DNA of 64,000 nucleotides from Fibrobacteria bacterium (GCA_050294405.1 JBNKOC010000026.1:1-64000); one strand, 5' to 3'. Shown: positions 18,924 through 30,882, numbered from the stretch's first letter. The notes: generated by a model not told the origin, from the sequence alone. Numbers and translations: made by a program.

Positions 18924-20138
18924 TTATTCGGCTCCTTCTTTTTTAAACAATGATTCTAATTCTGAAAATTTATTCTTCTTAACTTCAAATTCTGTGGACG
19001 CCCCTTGAGTATCGATTTGTATATCGTCTCTCTTCTCAAACAAGTCAGCTTTATCTTCTTCTGACATGTTATCAAACTCGGTGGTGCCATAAATATCCAG
19101 CTCTTTTCCGATTAGCTTGGAAGCCAAACGCACATTTTGCCCGCCTCTTCCAATAGCCTGGGATAAATCGTCGTCGCTGACAATTACCACAGCTCGTCCA
19201 TCGCCGGTATCTGTAATCTGCCTTACTTCCGCAGGGCTTAAAGAGCGCTTGATGTATGTATTTAAATCTTCGCTCCAATTGATAATATCGATTCTTTCGT
19301 TAGAAAGTTCGCGAACAATTGCCTGTACGCGATTTCCCTTCATGCCCACACAGGCACCCACCGGATCGATCCTGTCATCTTTTGAAGACACAGCTATTTT
19401 AGCTCTGTAACCAGGATCTCTGGAAACAGCACGGGTAGCCACGGTTCCATCTGCAATCTCGGGAACTTCCAATTCAAAAAGCTTCGCCAAAAAGTTAGGA
19501 TGCGCACGGCTCAAAACAATTTGGTGGCCCTTATTTTCATTGCTAACAGTGGCAATGTAGGCCCTTATAGTTTCTCCCTGACGGTAGCGTTCTTTTCTGA
19601 TTTGTTCTTTAACAGGAAGCACCGCTTCGGCTTTGCCTAAGTTGATGTAAATGGTGCCTCTGTCTACCTGTTGTACGGTACCGGTTACCAATTCACCCAC
19701 TTTATCTTTAAATTCGTTGTAAACCAATTCTCTTTCGGCATCGCGAATTTTTTGCAATAACATTTGCTTGGCCGTATTGATGGCTGAACGTCCGAAGTTT
19801 TCAATGGGAATTTCCATTTCCAAATGGTCGCCCACTTCGGCATCTTCATTATAATCCCTGGCTTCATCAAGCAACATATACTTTTCGTCCAGTTCCCGGA
19901 CAGCTTCCGCATCCATGTCCGGGTCCACATCAGGATAGTCTTCAGCAACAATAACTCTCAAATAAACGGTAATCAGCTGGGACTCATCGTCGATATCCAC
20001 CTCGATATTCTTTTGAATGCCCAGGTATTTTTTCGCGGCAATTTTCAGGCTTTCTTTTAGAGTATCAATAACAACATCGCGACTTAAATTTTTAGTCTTG
20101 GCAATGGCTGTCAGATTCTCAATGATTTCCAAGTCCAT
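18924..20138 (-). CDS. nusA: Transcription termination/antitermination factor NusA
   Basis: FGR.A..AKQ, S1 domain, RDPGYRAKIAV, DPVGACVGMKG.RV, AIGRGGQNVRLA. Confidence 0.97.
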   Translation of the reverse strand: MDLEIIENLTAIAKTKNLSRDVVIDTLKESLKIAAKKYLGIQKNIEVDIDDESQLITVYLRVIVAEDYPDVDPDMDAEAVRELDEKYMLLDEARDYNEDAEVGDHLEMEIPIENFGRSAINTAKQMLLQKIRDAERELVYNEFKDKVGELVTGTVQQVDRGTIYINLGKAEAVLPVKEQIRKERYRQGETIRAYIATVSNENKGHQIVLSRAHPNFLAKLFELEVPEIADGTVATRAVSRDPGYRAKIAVSSKDDRIDPVGACVGMKGNRVQAIVRELSNERIDIINWSEDLNTYIKRSLSPAEVRQITDTGDGRAVVIVSDDDLSQAIGRGGQNVRLASKLIGKELDIYGTTEFDNMSEEDKADLFEKRDDIQIDTQGASTEFEVKKNKFSELESLFKKEGAE

Positions 20139-20153
20139 TCAAACTCTCCTGTT

Positions 20154-20615
20154 CTAAAACTCAATCAGTAATTTGCACATCTTGATTTTGTCCGTGTCCA
20201 CTGCAAAAACTTCGCCCTCTTTGTCAAAGCTGATTTTTGTTTCAACAACATCAGTGATAATTACTTTTTTTTCAACTATGGTTTTTTCTTCGTCATTTAC
20301 ATAGGTCAGTTTCACCGCTTTTTGCAAATTTCGTTCGAAATCCCTGGCCTTTTTTAAAGGCTTATCCAAACCAGGGGAAGAAACTTCCAGTGTAAAGGGC
20401 CCGTTAAAAAGGCCTTCTGCTTCCAATAAAACATCCAACTCCCTGCTAACCAGGGAACAATCATTAACATTAACCCCTTCGGGCTTTGTAATAAACACCC
20501 GAATTAAGCCCTTTTTACCAAGTCGAGTAAACTCCGCATCAACCAGTTCCAAACCTTTGGAATGGGCTACGTTTTCTGCTAATCGCTGCAAAGTTTCTAA
20601 AGCTGTACTGCTCAT
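20154..20615 (-). CDS. rimP: Ribosome maturation factor RimP
   Basis: GLELVD, DC..VSREL, LEVSSPGLDKPL; ATG 20615 more plausible than 20717. Confidence 0.93.
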   Translation of the reverse strand: MSSTALETLQRLAENVAHSKGLELVDAEFTRLGKKGLIRVFITKPEGVNVNDCSLVSRELDVLLEAEGLFNGPFTLEVSSPGLDKPLKKARDFERNLQKAVKLTYVNDEEKTIVEKKVIITDVVETKISFDKEGEVFAVDTDKIKMCKLLIEF

Positions 20616-20629
20616 CTTAAAATATTGAT

Positions 20630-20664
20630 AAAAAAAGGTCCTCCGTGGATGGTTAAACCCACAC
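20630..20664 (-). promoter_or_regulatory. Possible rimP-leader-like hairpin/attenuator
   Basis: Minus strand GTGGGTTTAACCATCCAC hairpin, then a T-tract just before rimP. Confidence 0.3.
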
Positions 20665-20746
20665 AAAAACTTGGGTAAATTAAGAAAATTATTGGATTTA
20701 CGGCAAGCGATTGACAATTTTCATTTAAATTTTAAGCTTTTGCTTC

Positions 20747-20953
20747 ATGAAAGCAATTTTGTTGATTTTAGCTACGCTCTTAGGCGGCTTTTTGGTGGTT
20801 CGGGGTTTTATAAAAAATGTCCGCGAAATCAAAAAAAAACAAGCCCATACCAACACTGATAAATATTTGAATTACCCTCTACTGGTGCTTTGGTATGCTT
20901 ATCTGCTTATTTTTTGTGTAGGTCTTACGGTAAATAATCTGATTGTTAAATAA
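20747..20953 (+). CDS. Small two-TM membrane protein
   Basis: 68 aa with two hydrophobic segments; TTGACA (20711)-N16-TAAGCT upstream; fills the gap between rimP and mazG. Confidence 0.6.
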   Translation: MKAILLILATLLGGFLVVRGFIKNVREIKKKQAHTNTDKYLNYPLLVLWYAYLLIFCVGLTVNNLIVK

Positions 20954-20955
20954 AA

Positions 20956-21753
20956 TCAGGTTTTTTCTTCGCTTTTAGCAAAATCCCAGTATTCGTCCAG
21001 TTTTTCCAGGGGCAAATCTTTCATGTTTTGGCTGCTTTCCCGAACTTTAGCTTCTACGGCCTTAAAGCGTCGGGCGAATTTGTGATTGCTTTTTTCTAAA
21101 GCCAAGAAAGGGTCAATATCCAAATGGCGGGCACTGTTCACCATTGAAAAAAGCAAATCGCCAAATTCTTCCTCTAATCTCTCCTTATCTTCCTGTTTTG
21201 TCCCAGCCTTTTTCACTTCTTCCCCAAATTCCAGCAGCTCTTCCTGGATCTTTTCCATGGGGCCTTTTGCATCGGGCCAATCAAAGCCCTGTTTTGAGGC
21301 CTTTTTCTGGATTTTATAAGCTTTTAGCAGAGGCGATAATGTGGCCGGAACTCCATCTAAAGCGGATGTTCTTTCTTCTTTTTTTTCTTCCTGCTTTATT
21401 TTTTCCCAGTTGCGAATTACCCCTTCAGAGTTTTCCACCTGCACATCACCAAACACATGTGGATGCCTTCTAACCAGTTTAGAGGCTATGGATTGAATTA
21501 CGCTATTAATATCAAAGAGTTCTTTTTCTTTTCCCATTTGGGCGTGAAACACCACCTGCAAGAGCAAGTCGCCCAATTCCTCTTCCATATTGGGAATGTC
21601 CTTGGCATTTACCGCATCAATAAATTCCGCGCTCTCTTCCACCAAGCAGCTTAAAATAGATTCGTGAGTTTGTTCTTTATCCCAGGGGCATCCGTCTTTC
21701 GCCCGAAGCCTGGCCATAATGCTTAATAGATCTTCAAAGTTGTATTGTGTCAT
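20956..21753 (-). CDS. mazG: Nucleoside triphosphate pyrophosphohydrolase MazG
   Basis: LR...GCPWD.EQT, EELGDLLLQVVFHA, KLVRRHPHVFG, GFDWP, EEEFGDLLF. Confidence 0.96.
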   Translation of the reverse strand: MTQYNFEDLLSIMARLRAKDGCPWDKEQTHESILSCLVEESAEFIDAVNAKDIPNMEEELGDLLLQVVFHAQMGKEKELFDINSVIQSIASKLVRRHPHVFGDVQVENSEGVIRNWEKIKQEEKKEERTSALDGVPATLSPLLKAYKIQKKASKQGFDWPDAKGPMEKIQEELLEFGEEVKKAGTKQEDKERLEEEFGDLLFSMVNSARHLDIDPFLALEKSNHKFARRFKAVEAKVRESSQNMKDLPLEKLDEYWDFAKSEEKT

Positions 21754-21764
21754 AAGCTAAAAAT

Positions 21765-21796
21765 AAAAAAGGGCAGCCCGGTTTGGACTACCTTTT
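21765..21796 (-). terminator. Rho-independent terminator after rpsG
   Basis: Minus strand GGTAGTCC-AAACC-GGGCTGCC stem (two G-U pairs), then CTTTTTT; also flanked by an A-tract. Confidence 0.7.
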
Positions 21797-21856
21797 CAAA
21801 AAGCTTTTTTCGATACCCGGCCAAAACCAAAAAGGCGGCCAAATAATTAAAGAGAC

Positions 21857-22333
21857 TTAGTATTTAAAATGGGCAAATGCTTTATTGGCATCGGCCATTT
21901 TATGGGTCTCAATTTTCTTGCGAACGGCATTGCCTTCGTTTTTATAGGCTTGCAACAATTCTGCTCCCAATTTTTGAGCCATATTTTTTTCGTTGCGTTT
22001 TTTAGCGGAGTCAACCAACCAACGCAAACCCAAAGCAGTGCTTCTGCGCTGAGGAACTTCAATAGGAACCTGATAGTTTGCACCGCCAACTCTTCTGGAT
22101 TTAACTTCCACAGAAGGTTTAACATTTTCCAAAGCTGCTTTGAATAGGGCTACTTCGCTTTCGTTGCCGCCAATTTTATCTTTTAAAGTAGACATAGCTT
22201 CGTATACAATATTTTCGGCCACACCTAATTTGCCTTGTTGCAAAACAACATTAATAAACTGAGCCACCCAAACACTTTTAAATTTAGTGTCGGTGATTAC
22301 TGGTCTTTTTTCTGCTCTATTTCTTCTAGACAT
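21857..22333 (-). CDS. rpsG: 30S ribosomal protein S7
   Basis: MSRR, VEVKSRRVGGANYQVP, HKMADANKAFAH. Confidence 0.98.
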   Translation of the reverse strand: MSRRNRAEKRPVITDTKFKSVWVAQFINVVLQQGKLGVAENIVYEAMSTLKDKIGGNESEVALFKAALENVKPSVEVKSRRVGGANYQVPIEVPQRRSTALGLRWLVDSAKKRNEKNMAQKLGAELLQAYKNEGNAVRKKIETHKMADANKAFAHFKY

Positions 22334-22335
22334 AA

Positions 22336-22719
22336 TTACTTCTTTTCCTTCTTGGGACGTTTAACCCCGTATTTGGAACGAGCTTGTTTTCTATCGTTAA
22401 CACCAGCGGTATCCAATGTGCCGCGAACAATGTGATAACGTACACCGGGAACATCCTTAACACGACCACCTCTAATCAATACAATAGAGTGCTCTTGTAA
22501 GTTGTGTCCTTCGCCGGGAATATAGCAAGTAACTTCCATTTTATTTGATAAACGTACACGGGCAATTTTTCTTAAAGCCGAATTTGGCTTTTTAGGTGTG
22601 GTTGTATATACACGGGTGCACACACCTCTTTTTTGAGGACAAGCGCGCAATGCTGGCGCTGAGGACTTGTTTGCAGGGTCCTTCCGTCCTTTTCTTACTA
22701 ATTGATTAATAGTAGGCAA
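22336..22719 (-). CDS. rpsL: 30S ribosomal protein S12
   Basis: MPTINQLVR (TTG start), [27 protein letters not shown]. Confidence 0.98.
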   Translation of the reverse strand: MPTINQLVRKGRKDPANKSSAPALRACPQKRGVCTRVYTTTPKKPNSALRKIARVRLSNKMEVTCYIPGEGHNLQEHSIVLIRGGRVKDVPGVRYHIVRGTLDTAGVNDRKQARSKYGVKRPKKEKK

Positions 22720-22748
22720 TTTCCATTTCTCCGTTTTTAAGGAGCCAA

Positions 22749-22777
22749 ATATTATATTTTTTGGCCCGCTTTTTCAA
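22749..22777 (-). promoter_or_regulatory. Sigma70-like promoter for rpsL-rpsG
   Basis: TTGAAA-N17-TAATAT, with an overlapping TATAAT, on the minus strand. Confidence 0.55.
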
Positions 22778-22796
22778 GTTCCATTCAATATATCCT

Positions 22797-22842
22797 CTTT
22801 AACATTGTTCCTGCCCTTTTGGCAATTGGCCCAATGTTAAAG
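22797..22842. repeat. Inverted repeat between rpoC and the rpsL promoter
   Basis: CTTTAACATTG...CAATGTTAAAG (perfect 11 bp) with an inner TGCC/GGCA pair. Confidence 0.7.
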
Positions 22843-22874
22843 TTCAATTGAGATTTTTGGGGTTGATTGCTAAA

Positions 22875-25800
22875 TCAACCCTGCAAAACCTCTTCGCCAT
22901 TTTCGTTAAATGGCATTTTTTCCATTATGGGTTCTTGTTCCCCTTCTGCTTCTGCATCCAAATCTTTTACTCTTATTTTGAGCATTTTTGGATTGCCAGT
23001 ACCAGATGGTATCAAACGTCCCATAATTACGTTTTCTTTCAAGCCTTCCAAAGTATCCACCCGGCCTTCGATGGCCGCAGCTGTTAATACCTTGGTGGTT
23101 TCCTGGAAAGAGGCAGCTGAAATAAAACTGTCTGTTCCCAGTGAAGCTTTTGTAATTCCCAGCAATAAAGGCACGAAAGAAGCCGGTTTTTTGTCTTCTG
23201 ACATGGCCTGATTATTTACCAAACGCAGGTTGGCCTTGGAGATATCCTGACCTTCCAGCAAGCTGGTGTCACCGGGATCTACAATTTTCACTTTTTTCAT
23301 CATTTGTTTAACAATACATTCGATATGTTTATCCGCAATGGTAACACCTTGAAGTTTGTAAACAGATTGGATTTCCTGTACCAGATATTTCTGTACGGCG
23401 CTATCGCCGGCAATACGCAAAATATCATGAGGCACAATTGAACCTTCGCACAACTTTTCACCGGAACGAATTCTATCCCCGGGGTGAACAGTTAAATGTT
23501 TACCTCTTGGAATCAGATAGGATTCTTCCAATCTTCCATCAGATACTTTAATTCTCTGCTGGCCTCTTTCAATTCCTTCGAAGGAAACAATACCATCAAT
23601 AGCAGATACCACAGCAGGATTTTTAGGCTTACGAGCTTCAAATAGTTCCGCAACTCTGGGAAGACCGCCAGTAATATCACGTGTAGCTCCCACCTGACGG
23701 GGAATCTTGGCTAAAATGGTGCCAGTTCCAATTTGTGTTCCATCTTGAATCTGCAAATAGGCGCCAGCAGGCAATGCATACCTAGCGATTTTAGTTCCAG
23801 ACTCATCCAGAATATTAATATGCGGATGCAGTTTACCTTTTTTGTCGGAGCTTACTCTTACCCGTTCAAGGCCTGTATCATCATCATATTCTTTTGAAAA
23901 GGTCACCCCTGATTTCAATTCGGAGTATTCCGCTTTTCCCTTATAAGTGGTAATAATTGGGGTGTTGTATGGATCCCAATCAAAAAGAACAGCGCCGGCT
24001 TTGATGTTTTCACCGTCTTTAACCTTAAGGATTGAGCCATAAGGCACGGTGTAGCGCATTTTTGTTAAGCCATTGTCGTCAAGCAATACGGCTTCGCCGC
24101 TTCTGTTAATAACAATTTGCTGACCGTTATCATCGGTTACTGTTTCTATATCTTCCAGTTGTACGCTGCAATCCCACTTGGATTTTTTGGAGCTTTCCGC
24201 TGTTAAGCGTGAAGCTGCACCACCAATGTGGAAGGTACGCAATGTAAGCTGTGTTCCAGGTTCACCGATAGATTGAGCAGCCATTACGCCTACTGCTTCA
24301 CCCACATCGATTAAACGACCTGTAGCAAGGTTTCGGCCGTAGCATAGAGCGCAAACGCCTTTTTCGGATTCGCAGGTAAGTACGGAGCGTACTTTAACCA
24401 CATCTACTCCGGCTTTTCCAATAGTGGCTACCAGTTTTTCGTCCATTAAGGTTCCAGCTGTACAAATAACATCATCTGTAACAGGATGGAAAACATCATC
24501 GCAGGCGACTCGACCCAGGATTTTTTCTTCCAGAGTTTGAATAACATCTTCGCCTTCGAGTACCGCGCTAATATCAATTCCGAGTACGGTTCCGCAGTCA
24601 TCTTCATTTACCACTACATCCTGGGCCACATCCACCAAACGACGTGTCAGGTAACCGGCATCAGCCGTTTTTAGTGCTGTATCGGCCAAACCTTTACGGG
24701 CTCCGTGTGTAGATATAAAGTACTCCAATACATTCAAGCCTTCCACGAAGCAGGATAAAATCGGGTTTTCAATAATTTCCTGACCAGTAAGTTTTTTCTG
24801 AGGCTTCTGCATAAGGCCGCGCATACCGGAAAGCTGCTTAATTTGTTCCCGGCTACCACGAGCTCCAGAAACCGCCATCATGTATACAGGGTTAAAACCG
24901 TTTTGATCCTTGGAAAGGCTCTCGTACACCAAGTTAGCAACATCGTTGGTTGTGTGAGACCAGGCATCAATAATCTGGTTGTAACGTTCGCCATCGGTAA
25001 TGACACCATTTCCGTACAGATCGATGATTTTTTCAGTTTTTTCTTTAGTGGCTTCAATCATCTTGTACTTTTCGTCTGGAATCACCATGTCTTTAATGGA
25101 CACACTCAAGCCACCCTTGGTGGACCAGGTAAATCCGGTCATTTTGATATTATCCAAAAACTCGCAGGTTTCTTCGTTGCCTGTTAGACGATAAAGAGTG
25201 TCAATGGTTTTTGATATGGTTTTTTTATCCATAGTTTCATTGACATAGCCTAATTCCTTGGGAACAATTTGATTAAAAATAATACGGCCCGGAGTCGTTT
25301 CAATCATTTCCCCATTTACATTAACCTTAACTTTTGCGTGGAGATCAACCACACCGGCATTGTAGGCTTTGATTGATTCTTCGCCATTTGAATAACGCTT
25401 GCCTTCCCCTTTTGCGCCTGTTTTGGGCAAAGTCAGATAATAACATCCGAGTACAATATCCTGAGAAGGTATGGCAATAGGTTGACCTGATGCAGGATGC
25501 AAAATGTTATTGGAAGAAATCATTAATATGCGGCTTTCCAACTGAGCTTCAAAGCTAAGAGGCAGATGCACAGCCATTTGGTCGCCGTCAAAATCCGCGT
25601 TAAAGGCAGTACATACTAACGGATGCAAACGGATGGCTTTACCTTCCACTAATTTGGGATAAAAAGCCTGAATTCCCAAACGGTGCAGTGTGGGTGCACG
25701 GTTTAGCAGAACTGGATGGTCGTCAATAATCTCTTCAAGAATATCCCACACTTCCGCTCTTTCTTTTTCCACAAATTTTTTCGCGGCTTTTACGGTATGT

Positions 25801-26957
25801 ACATAACCTTTTTCTTCCAGTTTTTGAATGATAAAAGGTTTGTACAATTCCAAAGCCATAGGTTTGGGAAGTCCACATTCCCGCATTTTCAATTGAGGTT
25901 CAACCACAATTACCGAACGTCCAGAGTAATCAACACGTTTTCCCAAAAGGTTTTGGCGGAAACGGCCTTGTTTACCTTTAAGCAATTCACTTAATGATTT
26001 TAAAGGACGGTGTCCCTCACCTTTAACAGAGAAGGTGCGGCGTCCATTGTCAAAAAGCACATCCACAGCTTCTTGCAACATACGTTTTTCGTTTCTCAAA
26101 ATTACTTCAGGAGCTTTAATATCAATTAGTTTTTTCAGACGGTTATTTCTGTTGATAACCCTTCTGTACAAATCATTCAAATCGGATGTTGCAAAGCGTC
26201 CACCTTCCAGCGGAACCAGAGGCCTTAAATCTGGAGGAATTACAGAAATAACATCCAACACCATCCACTCAGGACGGTTGGGTGATTTTCTAATAGCTTC
26301 TACGATTTTTAATCTTTTTAACAGATCTGCTTTTCTTTGCATGGATGTTTCTGTTTTAACTCTGGCTCTGAAATCTTCGGACATTTTATCCAATTCCAGA
26401 TTTACTAACATCTGCTTAACAGCAGGTCCACCCATTTTAGCATCGAAATGACGGCCTTCATCTTCTAAGTCAATATATTCGTCTTCTGAAATCAGTTGGC
26501 CTTCTTGCAAATCTGTATCTCCAGGATCCAGAACGATGTATGATTCATAATAAATCACTCTTTCTAAATCGGTCACAGACATGCCCAAAAGCCCGCCAAT
26601 CATAGAAGGCATGGCTTTAAAAAACCAGATATGTACTACAGGCACAGCCAACTCAATATGGCCCATGCGCTCGCGCCTAACTTTGGAGTGGGTCACTTCC
26701 ACGCCGCATCTGTCGCAAACCACTCCGCGGTATCGGATTCTTTTATACTTACCGCAATTACATTCCCAGTTTTTTACCGGGCCAAAGATTTTTTCGCAAA
26801 ACAACCCATCAGGTTCAGGCTTAAAAGACCGGTAATTAATTGTTTCCGGTTTAGTAACTTCGCCATAGGACCAGCTTCGGATGATGTCTGGAGACACCAG
26901 CTGGATAGAAATTTGGCCGCTGAGGTCTTCATTGAGGTTGTCGTAAAGATCATCCAT
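22875..26957 (-). CDS. rpoC: RNA polymerase beta' subunit
   Basis: [10 protein letters not shown], zinc finger CNC...[29 protein letters not shown]. Confidence 0.99.
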   Translation of the reverse strand: MDDLYDNLNEDLSGQISIQLVSPDIIRSWSYGEVTKPETINYRSFKPEPDGLFCEKIFGPVKNWECNCGKYKRIRYRGVVCDRCGVEVTHSKVRRERMGHIELAVPVVHIWFFKAMPSMIGGLLGMSVTDLERVIYYESYIVLDPGDTDLQEGQLISEDEYIDLEDEGRHFDAKMGGPAVKQMLVNLELDKMSEDFRARVKTETSMQRKADLLKRLKIVEAIRKSPNRPEWMVLDVISVIPPDLRPLVPLEGGRFATSDLNDLYRRVINRNNRLKKLIDIKAPEVILRNEKRMLQEAVDVLFDNGRRTFSVKGEGHRPLKSLSELLKGKQGRFRQNLLGKRVDYSGRSVIVVEPQLKMRECGLPKPMALELYKPFIIQKLEEKGYVHTVKAAKKFVEKERAEVWDILEEIIDDHPVLLNRAPTLHRLGIQAFYPKLVEGKAIRLHPLVCTAFNADFDGDQMAVHLPLSFEAQLESRILMISSNNILHPASGQPIAIPSQDIVLGCYYLTLPKTGAKGEGKRYSNGEESIKAYNAGVVDLHAKVKVNVNGEMIETTPGRIIFNQIVPKELGYVNETMDKKTISKTIDTLYRLTGNEETCEFLDNIKMTGFTWSTKGGLSVSIKDMVIPDEKYKMIEATKEKTEKIIDLYGNGVITDGERYNQIIDAWSHTTNDVANLVYESLSKDQNGFNPVYMMAVSGARGSREQIKQLSGMRGLMQKPQKKLTGQEIIENPILSCFVEGLNVLEYFISTHGARKGLADTALKTADAGYLTRRLVDVAQDVVVNEDDCGTVLGIDISAVLEGEDVIQTLEEKILGRVACDDVFHPVTDDVICTAGTLMDEKLVATIGKAGVDVVKVRSVLTCESEKGVCALCYGRNLATGRLIDVGEAVGVMAAQSIGEPGTQLTLRTFHIGGAASRLTAESSKKSKWDCSVQLEDIETVTDDNGQQIVINRSGEAVLLDDNGLTKMRYTVPYGSILKVKDGENIKAGAVLFDWDPYNTPIITTYKGKAEYSELKSGVTFSKEYDDDTGLERVRVSSDKKGKLHPHINILDESGTKIARYALPAGAYLQIQDGTQIGTGTILAKIPRQVGATRDITGGLPRVAELFEARKPKNPAVVSAIDGIVSFEGIERGQQRIKVSDGRLEESYLIPRGKHLTVHPGDRIRSGEKLCEGSIVPHDILRIAGDSAVQKYLVQEIQSVYKLQGVTIADKHIECIVKQMMKKVKIVDPGDTSLLEGQDISKANLRLVNNQAMSEDKKPASFVPLLLGITKASLGTDSFISAASFQETTKVLTAAAIEGRVDTLEGLKENVIMGRLIPSGTGNPKMLKIRVKDLDAEAEGEQEPIMEKMPFNENGEEVLQG

Positions 26958-27006
26958 TTTTAATCACTCCATTCTAATGAACTTTTAAAATAATTCAGCC
27001 GAAATT

Positions 27007-30000
27007 TTATTCCACCTGTTCTTTTTCTACAAATTTGATATCCAGACATAGAGCCTGAATTTCTTTAATCAAGACGTTAAAGGACTCAGGAACACCAGGT
27101 TTAGGGGTGTTTTCGCCTTTAACAATGGCTTCGTAAATTTTCGAACGGCCCAATACATCATCTGATTTAACTGTGAGCAATTCCTGCAATGTATACGCTG
27201 CGCCATAAGCTTCCAACGCCCACACTTCCATCTCTCCAAAACGTTGGCCGCCGAATTGGCTTTTTCCGCCAAGAGGTTGCTGTGTAACCAGAGAGTAAGG
27301 ACCGATAGAGCGGGCGTGAATCTTGTCGTCCACAAGATGGCCCAGCTTTAACATATACATGTATCCAACAGTAACTTCCTGGTGCATTTTCTCACCAGTA
27401 CGTCCGTCAAAAAGAACCGATTTTCCACTTGAAGGTAAACCGGCCTCTTCCAAAGTTTTTACTACTTGCTCGTAGGAAGCCCCGTCAAACACAGGCGTGG
27501 AAACATGTATTCCAAGCGCTTTTGCTGCAAGGCCTAAATGGACTTCCAACAGCTGTCCCACGTTCATACGGGAGGGCACGCCTAGCGGATTCAAAATGAT
27601 TTCCACTGGAGTTCCATTTTCATCAAAAGGCATGTCTTCCACAGGAACTATTTTGGCAATAACACCTTTGTTTCCATGGCGTCCGGCCATTTTGTCGCCC
27701 ACAGAGATTTTCCTCTTTTTAGCGATGTATACTTTTACCAATTGCAATACGCCGGGTTTTAATTCTCCGCCAACTACAATTTTATCGATTTCCTTATCCA
27801 GTCTGTCTTCCAATTTGCGGATCATCTCGTTGGCGCTGTGTAAAACAGTTTCGGCAACTTGATTGGTTTTTTCGTCGGAGCAAATTCCATTGGTCACATT
27901 TACTTCAGACCAATTCATGTTTTTCAAATTTGCTTCAGAAAATTTCTTGCCCTTACCAACAATGATTTCGTCTGTGGCGCTATCCCGAATTTCTTCTGCA
28001 TCTTGCTTTAAAAGCAATTCGGTCATTTTGCGATCACGGGCTTCAATTACATTCTGGATTTTTTCGCTGTATTGAATTTTTAAATTTTCAATAAGGTCTT
28101 TGTCGTTTTTCTTAGTTTTTTTGTCTTTTTCTTTTCTGGAAAAAACGCGGGTTTCAACAACCACACCCTTCATTCCCGGAGGCGCCTTTAATGAAGAGTC
28201 CCTAACATCACCGGCTTTTTCACCAAAAATGGCTCGGAGCAATCTCTCTTCAGGTGAAAGTTCTGTTTCTCCTTTTGGAGTCACTTTACCCACCAAAATA
28301 TCGCCAGATTCCACTTCAGCACCGATGCGGATAATCCCCTGCTCATCAAGGTTCGCTAAAGATTCTTCCATAACATTGGGAATTTCTCTGGTTAATTCTT
28401 CAGGGCCTCTTTTAGTGTCCCGAACTTCCAAATTGTATTCTTCAATATGAATAGAGGTAAAGGTGTCATTTTTAGAAAGGTTTTCAGAAATGATGATGGC
28501 ATCTTCGTAGTTATAACCATTCCAAGGCAAAAAAGCCACACGGATATTTTTTCCAAGAGCAAGCTCACCTTTGCTGGAACCAGGGCCATCTGCAATAATT
28601 TGGCCGGCTTCTATGGTTTCTCCTGCGGAGACCAGGGGTTTTTGATTTATACAACTGTCCTGGTTGCTTCTTTCAAATTTCCTCAATAAATACTCATCGT
28701 ATTCAGGAACATCCAGAAAATCCGCTTCGCTTTTTTCGGTACTTGTTCTTTGAATTACAATTTTAAGGGCATCTACAGATTTTACAACTCCGGCATTTTT
28801 TGCTTTAACTACTACGCCAGAATCATACGCTGCTTTGCCTTCCATACCGGTTCCAACTACGGGTGCTTCGGTCATTAACAAAGGAACAGCCTGGCGTTGC
28901 ATGTTACTTCCCATCAAAGCACGGTTTGCATCGTCGTGCTCAAGGAAAGGAATCAAGCTGGCCGCAACGGATACCAATTGTTTTGGAGATACGTCGATTA
29001 ATTGAATGTCTGTAATGGGAACCAATGGAAATTCGCCCTTTTGACGGGCAATGGCTAATTCACCTACAATTTTTCCATTTTCGTCTAATTCAGTAGAAGC
29101 GGGAGCAATTAGGTAATCATCTTCCTTATCAGCTGTTAGGAAAATAACATCGTTGGTTGCAACTCCATCTACCACTTTGCGGTAAGGTGTTTCAATAAAT
29201 CCAAAACGGTTTACCTGAGCAAAACATGCTAAAGAAGAAATCAAACCAATGTTTGGTCCTTCAGGTGTTTCAATGGGGCAAAGACGGCCATAGTGTGTGT
29301 AATGCACATCGCGAACTTCAAATCCAGCTCTTTCCCTGGTCAATCCGTCGGGACCCAAAGCACTCATTCTTCTTTTGTGAGTGAGTTCTGCCAGAGGATT
29401 CATTTGATCCATAAACTGGGATAGCTGAGAAGAACCGAAAAAGGAAGAAATAACTGTTGAAACGGTTCTGGCATTTACCAAATCCTGAGGAGTAATGTCT
29501 TCAGTATCGCGAAGACTTAAACGTTCGCGAATGGTTCTGGCCATGCGGGTTAAACCCAAAGCAAACTGCTCCTGAATTAATTCGCCCACAGAGCGAACAC
29601 GCCTATTTCCTAAGTGATCGATATCATCCAACACACCTTCTTTCATATGTAATGAAGACAGGTAGTTCATAATGGCCAAAAAGTCACCTTCGGTCATAAC
29701 CTTGGTACCTTCTGGGACTTCTAATTTCAAACGTGCATTTAAACGATAACGGCCTAATTCGCCCAGGTCATAGCGTTTTTCATCAAAGAACAGACGGTTC
29801 AAAAGCTCGCGGGCAGTGTTTACATTTGGTGGTTCCCCGGGGCGAATCAGATTGTAAATTTTGAACAGAGCCTCTTCCTCATTGTGAGTGGGATCAATGT
29901 TCAATGTCTGAAACATGATGGGATTAATCTTATAATTTTCAATAATGGTTATTGTTTTATTGGAAGTATCCAGAGCTTTTTTAATGATAGCCGGGGTCAG

Positions 30001-30789
30001 CTGAGTAGAAGCTTCGGCAATTATTTCACCTGTTTCTTCATCAATTATATCTTTAAACAGATACTGTTCTTTTTCCTCAATTTTTTCCAGTAAATCTTTA
30101 TTAAGGGGGATTTCCTGACCCTTGTAAAAAAGATTTAAGATATCCTGATTTGAAGAATATCCGAGGGCTCTAATTAAAATGGTAGCTGGAATTTTACGTC
30201 TTCTGTCAATGTTAATGTACATACATTCATTAACATCTATTAAAAATTCAACCCAGGAACCGCGGCGAGGAATAATTCTGGCTTTTAAAATTCTTCCGCC
30301 ATTTGGATGTGTTCCTTCATCAAAGCTAACACCCGGAGAACGGTGCAACTGTGATACTATTACCCTCTCGGCTCCATTAATAATGAATGTGCCGCTATCG
30401 GTAATAAGAGGCAAATCACCGATGTATACATCATTGGTGATTTTTTCCACAAATTTTCTTTCAGTTCCTTCGCCTTCAAAAACATTTAAGCTTAAAGTTG
30501 CTTTTAAAGGAGCGGCATAGGTCATGCCGATTTTTAAACATTCTCTTTCGGTGTATTTAGGTTCACCTAAGGAATAACTGTCGAATTCCAGTGAATAATA
30601 TTCCTTGATATCCTTAATAGGAAAAATTTCTTGGAATACTTGCTGTAAGCCTTCTTCCTGCCTTTTGGTGGGCATAACATCGGCCTGTATAAACTTATTA
30701 AACGAATTAATTTGCACTTCCAGCAAGTATGGAATAGTAAACTCAAAGGCATTCCTGGAGTAACTACGCCTTTCTACTAATTTTTTCAT
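27007..30789 (-). CDS. rpoB: RNA polymerase beta subunit
   Basis: [50 protein letters not shown]. Confidence 0.99.
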   Translation of the reverse strand: MKKLVERRSYSRNAFEFTIPYLLEVQINSFNKFIQADVMPTKRQEEGLQQVFQEIFPIKDIKEYYSLEFDSYSLGEPKYTERECLKIGMTYAAPLKATLSLNVFEGEGTERKFVEKITNDVYIGDLPLITDSGTFIINGAERVIVSQLHRSPGVSFDEGTHPNGGRILKARIIPRRGSWVEFLIDVNECMYINIDRRRKIPATILIRALGYSSNQDILNLFYKGQEIPLNKDLLEKIEEKEQYLFKDIIDEETGEIIAEASTQLTPAIIKKALDTSNKTITIIENYKINPIMFQTLNIDPTHNEEEALFKIYNLIRPGEPPNVNTARELLNRLFFDEKRYDLGELGRYRLNARLKLEVPEGTKVMTEGDFLAIMNYLSSLHMKEGVLDDIDHLGNRRVRSVGELIQEQFALGLTRMARTIRERLSLRDTEDITPQDLVNARTVSTVISSFFGSSQLSQFMDQMNPLAELTHKRRMSALGPDGLTRERAGFEVRDVHYTHYGRLCPIETPEGPNIGLISSLACFAQVNRFGFIETPYRKVVDGVATNDVIFLTADKEDDYLIAPASTELDENGKIVGELAIARQKGEFPLVPITDIQLIDVSPKQLVSVAASLIPFLEHDDANRALMGSNMQRQAVPLLMTEAPVVGTGMEGKAAYDSGVVVKAKNAGVVKSVDALKIVIQRTSTEKSEADFLDVPEYDEYLLRKFERSNQDSCINQKPLVSAGETIEAGQIIADGPGSSKGELALGKNIRVAFLPWNGYNYEDAIIISENLSKNDTFTSIHIEEYNLEVRDTKRGPEELTREIPNVMEESLANLDEQGIIRIGAEVESGDILVGKVTPKGETELSPEERLLRAIFGEKAGDVRDSSLKAPPGMKGVVVETRVFSRKEKDKKTKKNDKDLIENLKIQYSEKIQNVIEARDRKMTELLLKQDAEEIRDSATDEIIVGKGKKFSEANLKNMNWSEVNVTNGICSDEKTNQVAETVLHSANEMIRKLEDRLDKEIDKIVVGGELKPGVLQLVKVYIAKKRKISVGDKMAGRHGNKGVIAKIVPVEDMPFDENGTPVEIILNPLGVPSRMNVGQLLEVHLGLAAKALGIHVSTPVFDGASYEQVVKTLEEAGLPSSGKSVLFDGRTGEKMHQEVTVGYMYMLKLGHLVDDKIHARSIGPYSLVTQQPLGGKSQFGGQRFGEMEVWALEAYGAAYTLQELLTVKSDDVLGRSKIYEAIVKGENTPKPGVPESFNVLIKEIQALCLDIKFVEKEQVE

Positions 30790-30823
30790 GCTTTGCCCTT
30801 TATTTCCAATTTATAAATACACC

Positions 30824-30847
30824 AAAAGCCTGCGGCTAAGCAGGCTC
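30824..30847 (-). terminator. rplL-rpoB intercistronic attenuator-like hairpin
   Basis: Minus strand GAGCCTGC-TTAGCC-GCAGGCTT followed by a short T run. Confidence 0.55.
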
Positions 30848-30882
30848 GTTTATCCAGCTTTTTTTTAGGATAATCAATGCTT

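Noticed and set aside
20616..20717. N-terminal extension of RimP (likewise the long starts given for nusG, secE, clpP, trxA and thiL)
   Set aside because: The extensions overlap promoters, tRNAs or neighbouring genes; downstream starts fit family length and often SD placement
22875..30789. Inteins, introns or fusion in rpoB/rpoC
   Set aside because: Both are uninterrupted separate ORFs of ordinary length (1260 and 1360 aa)
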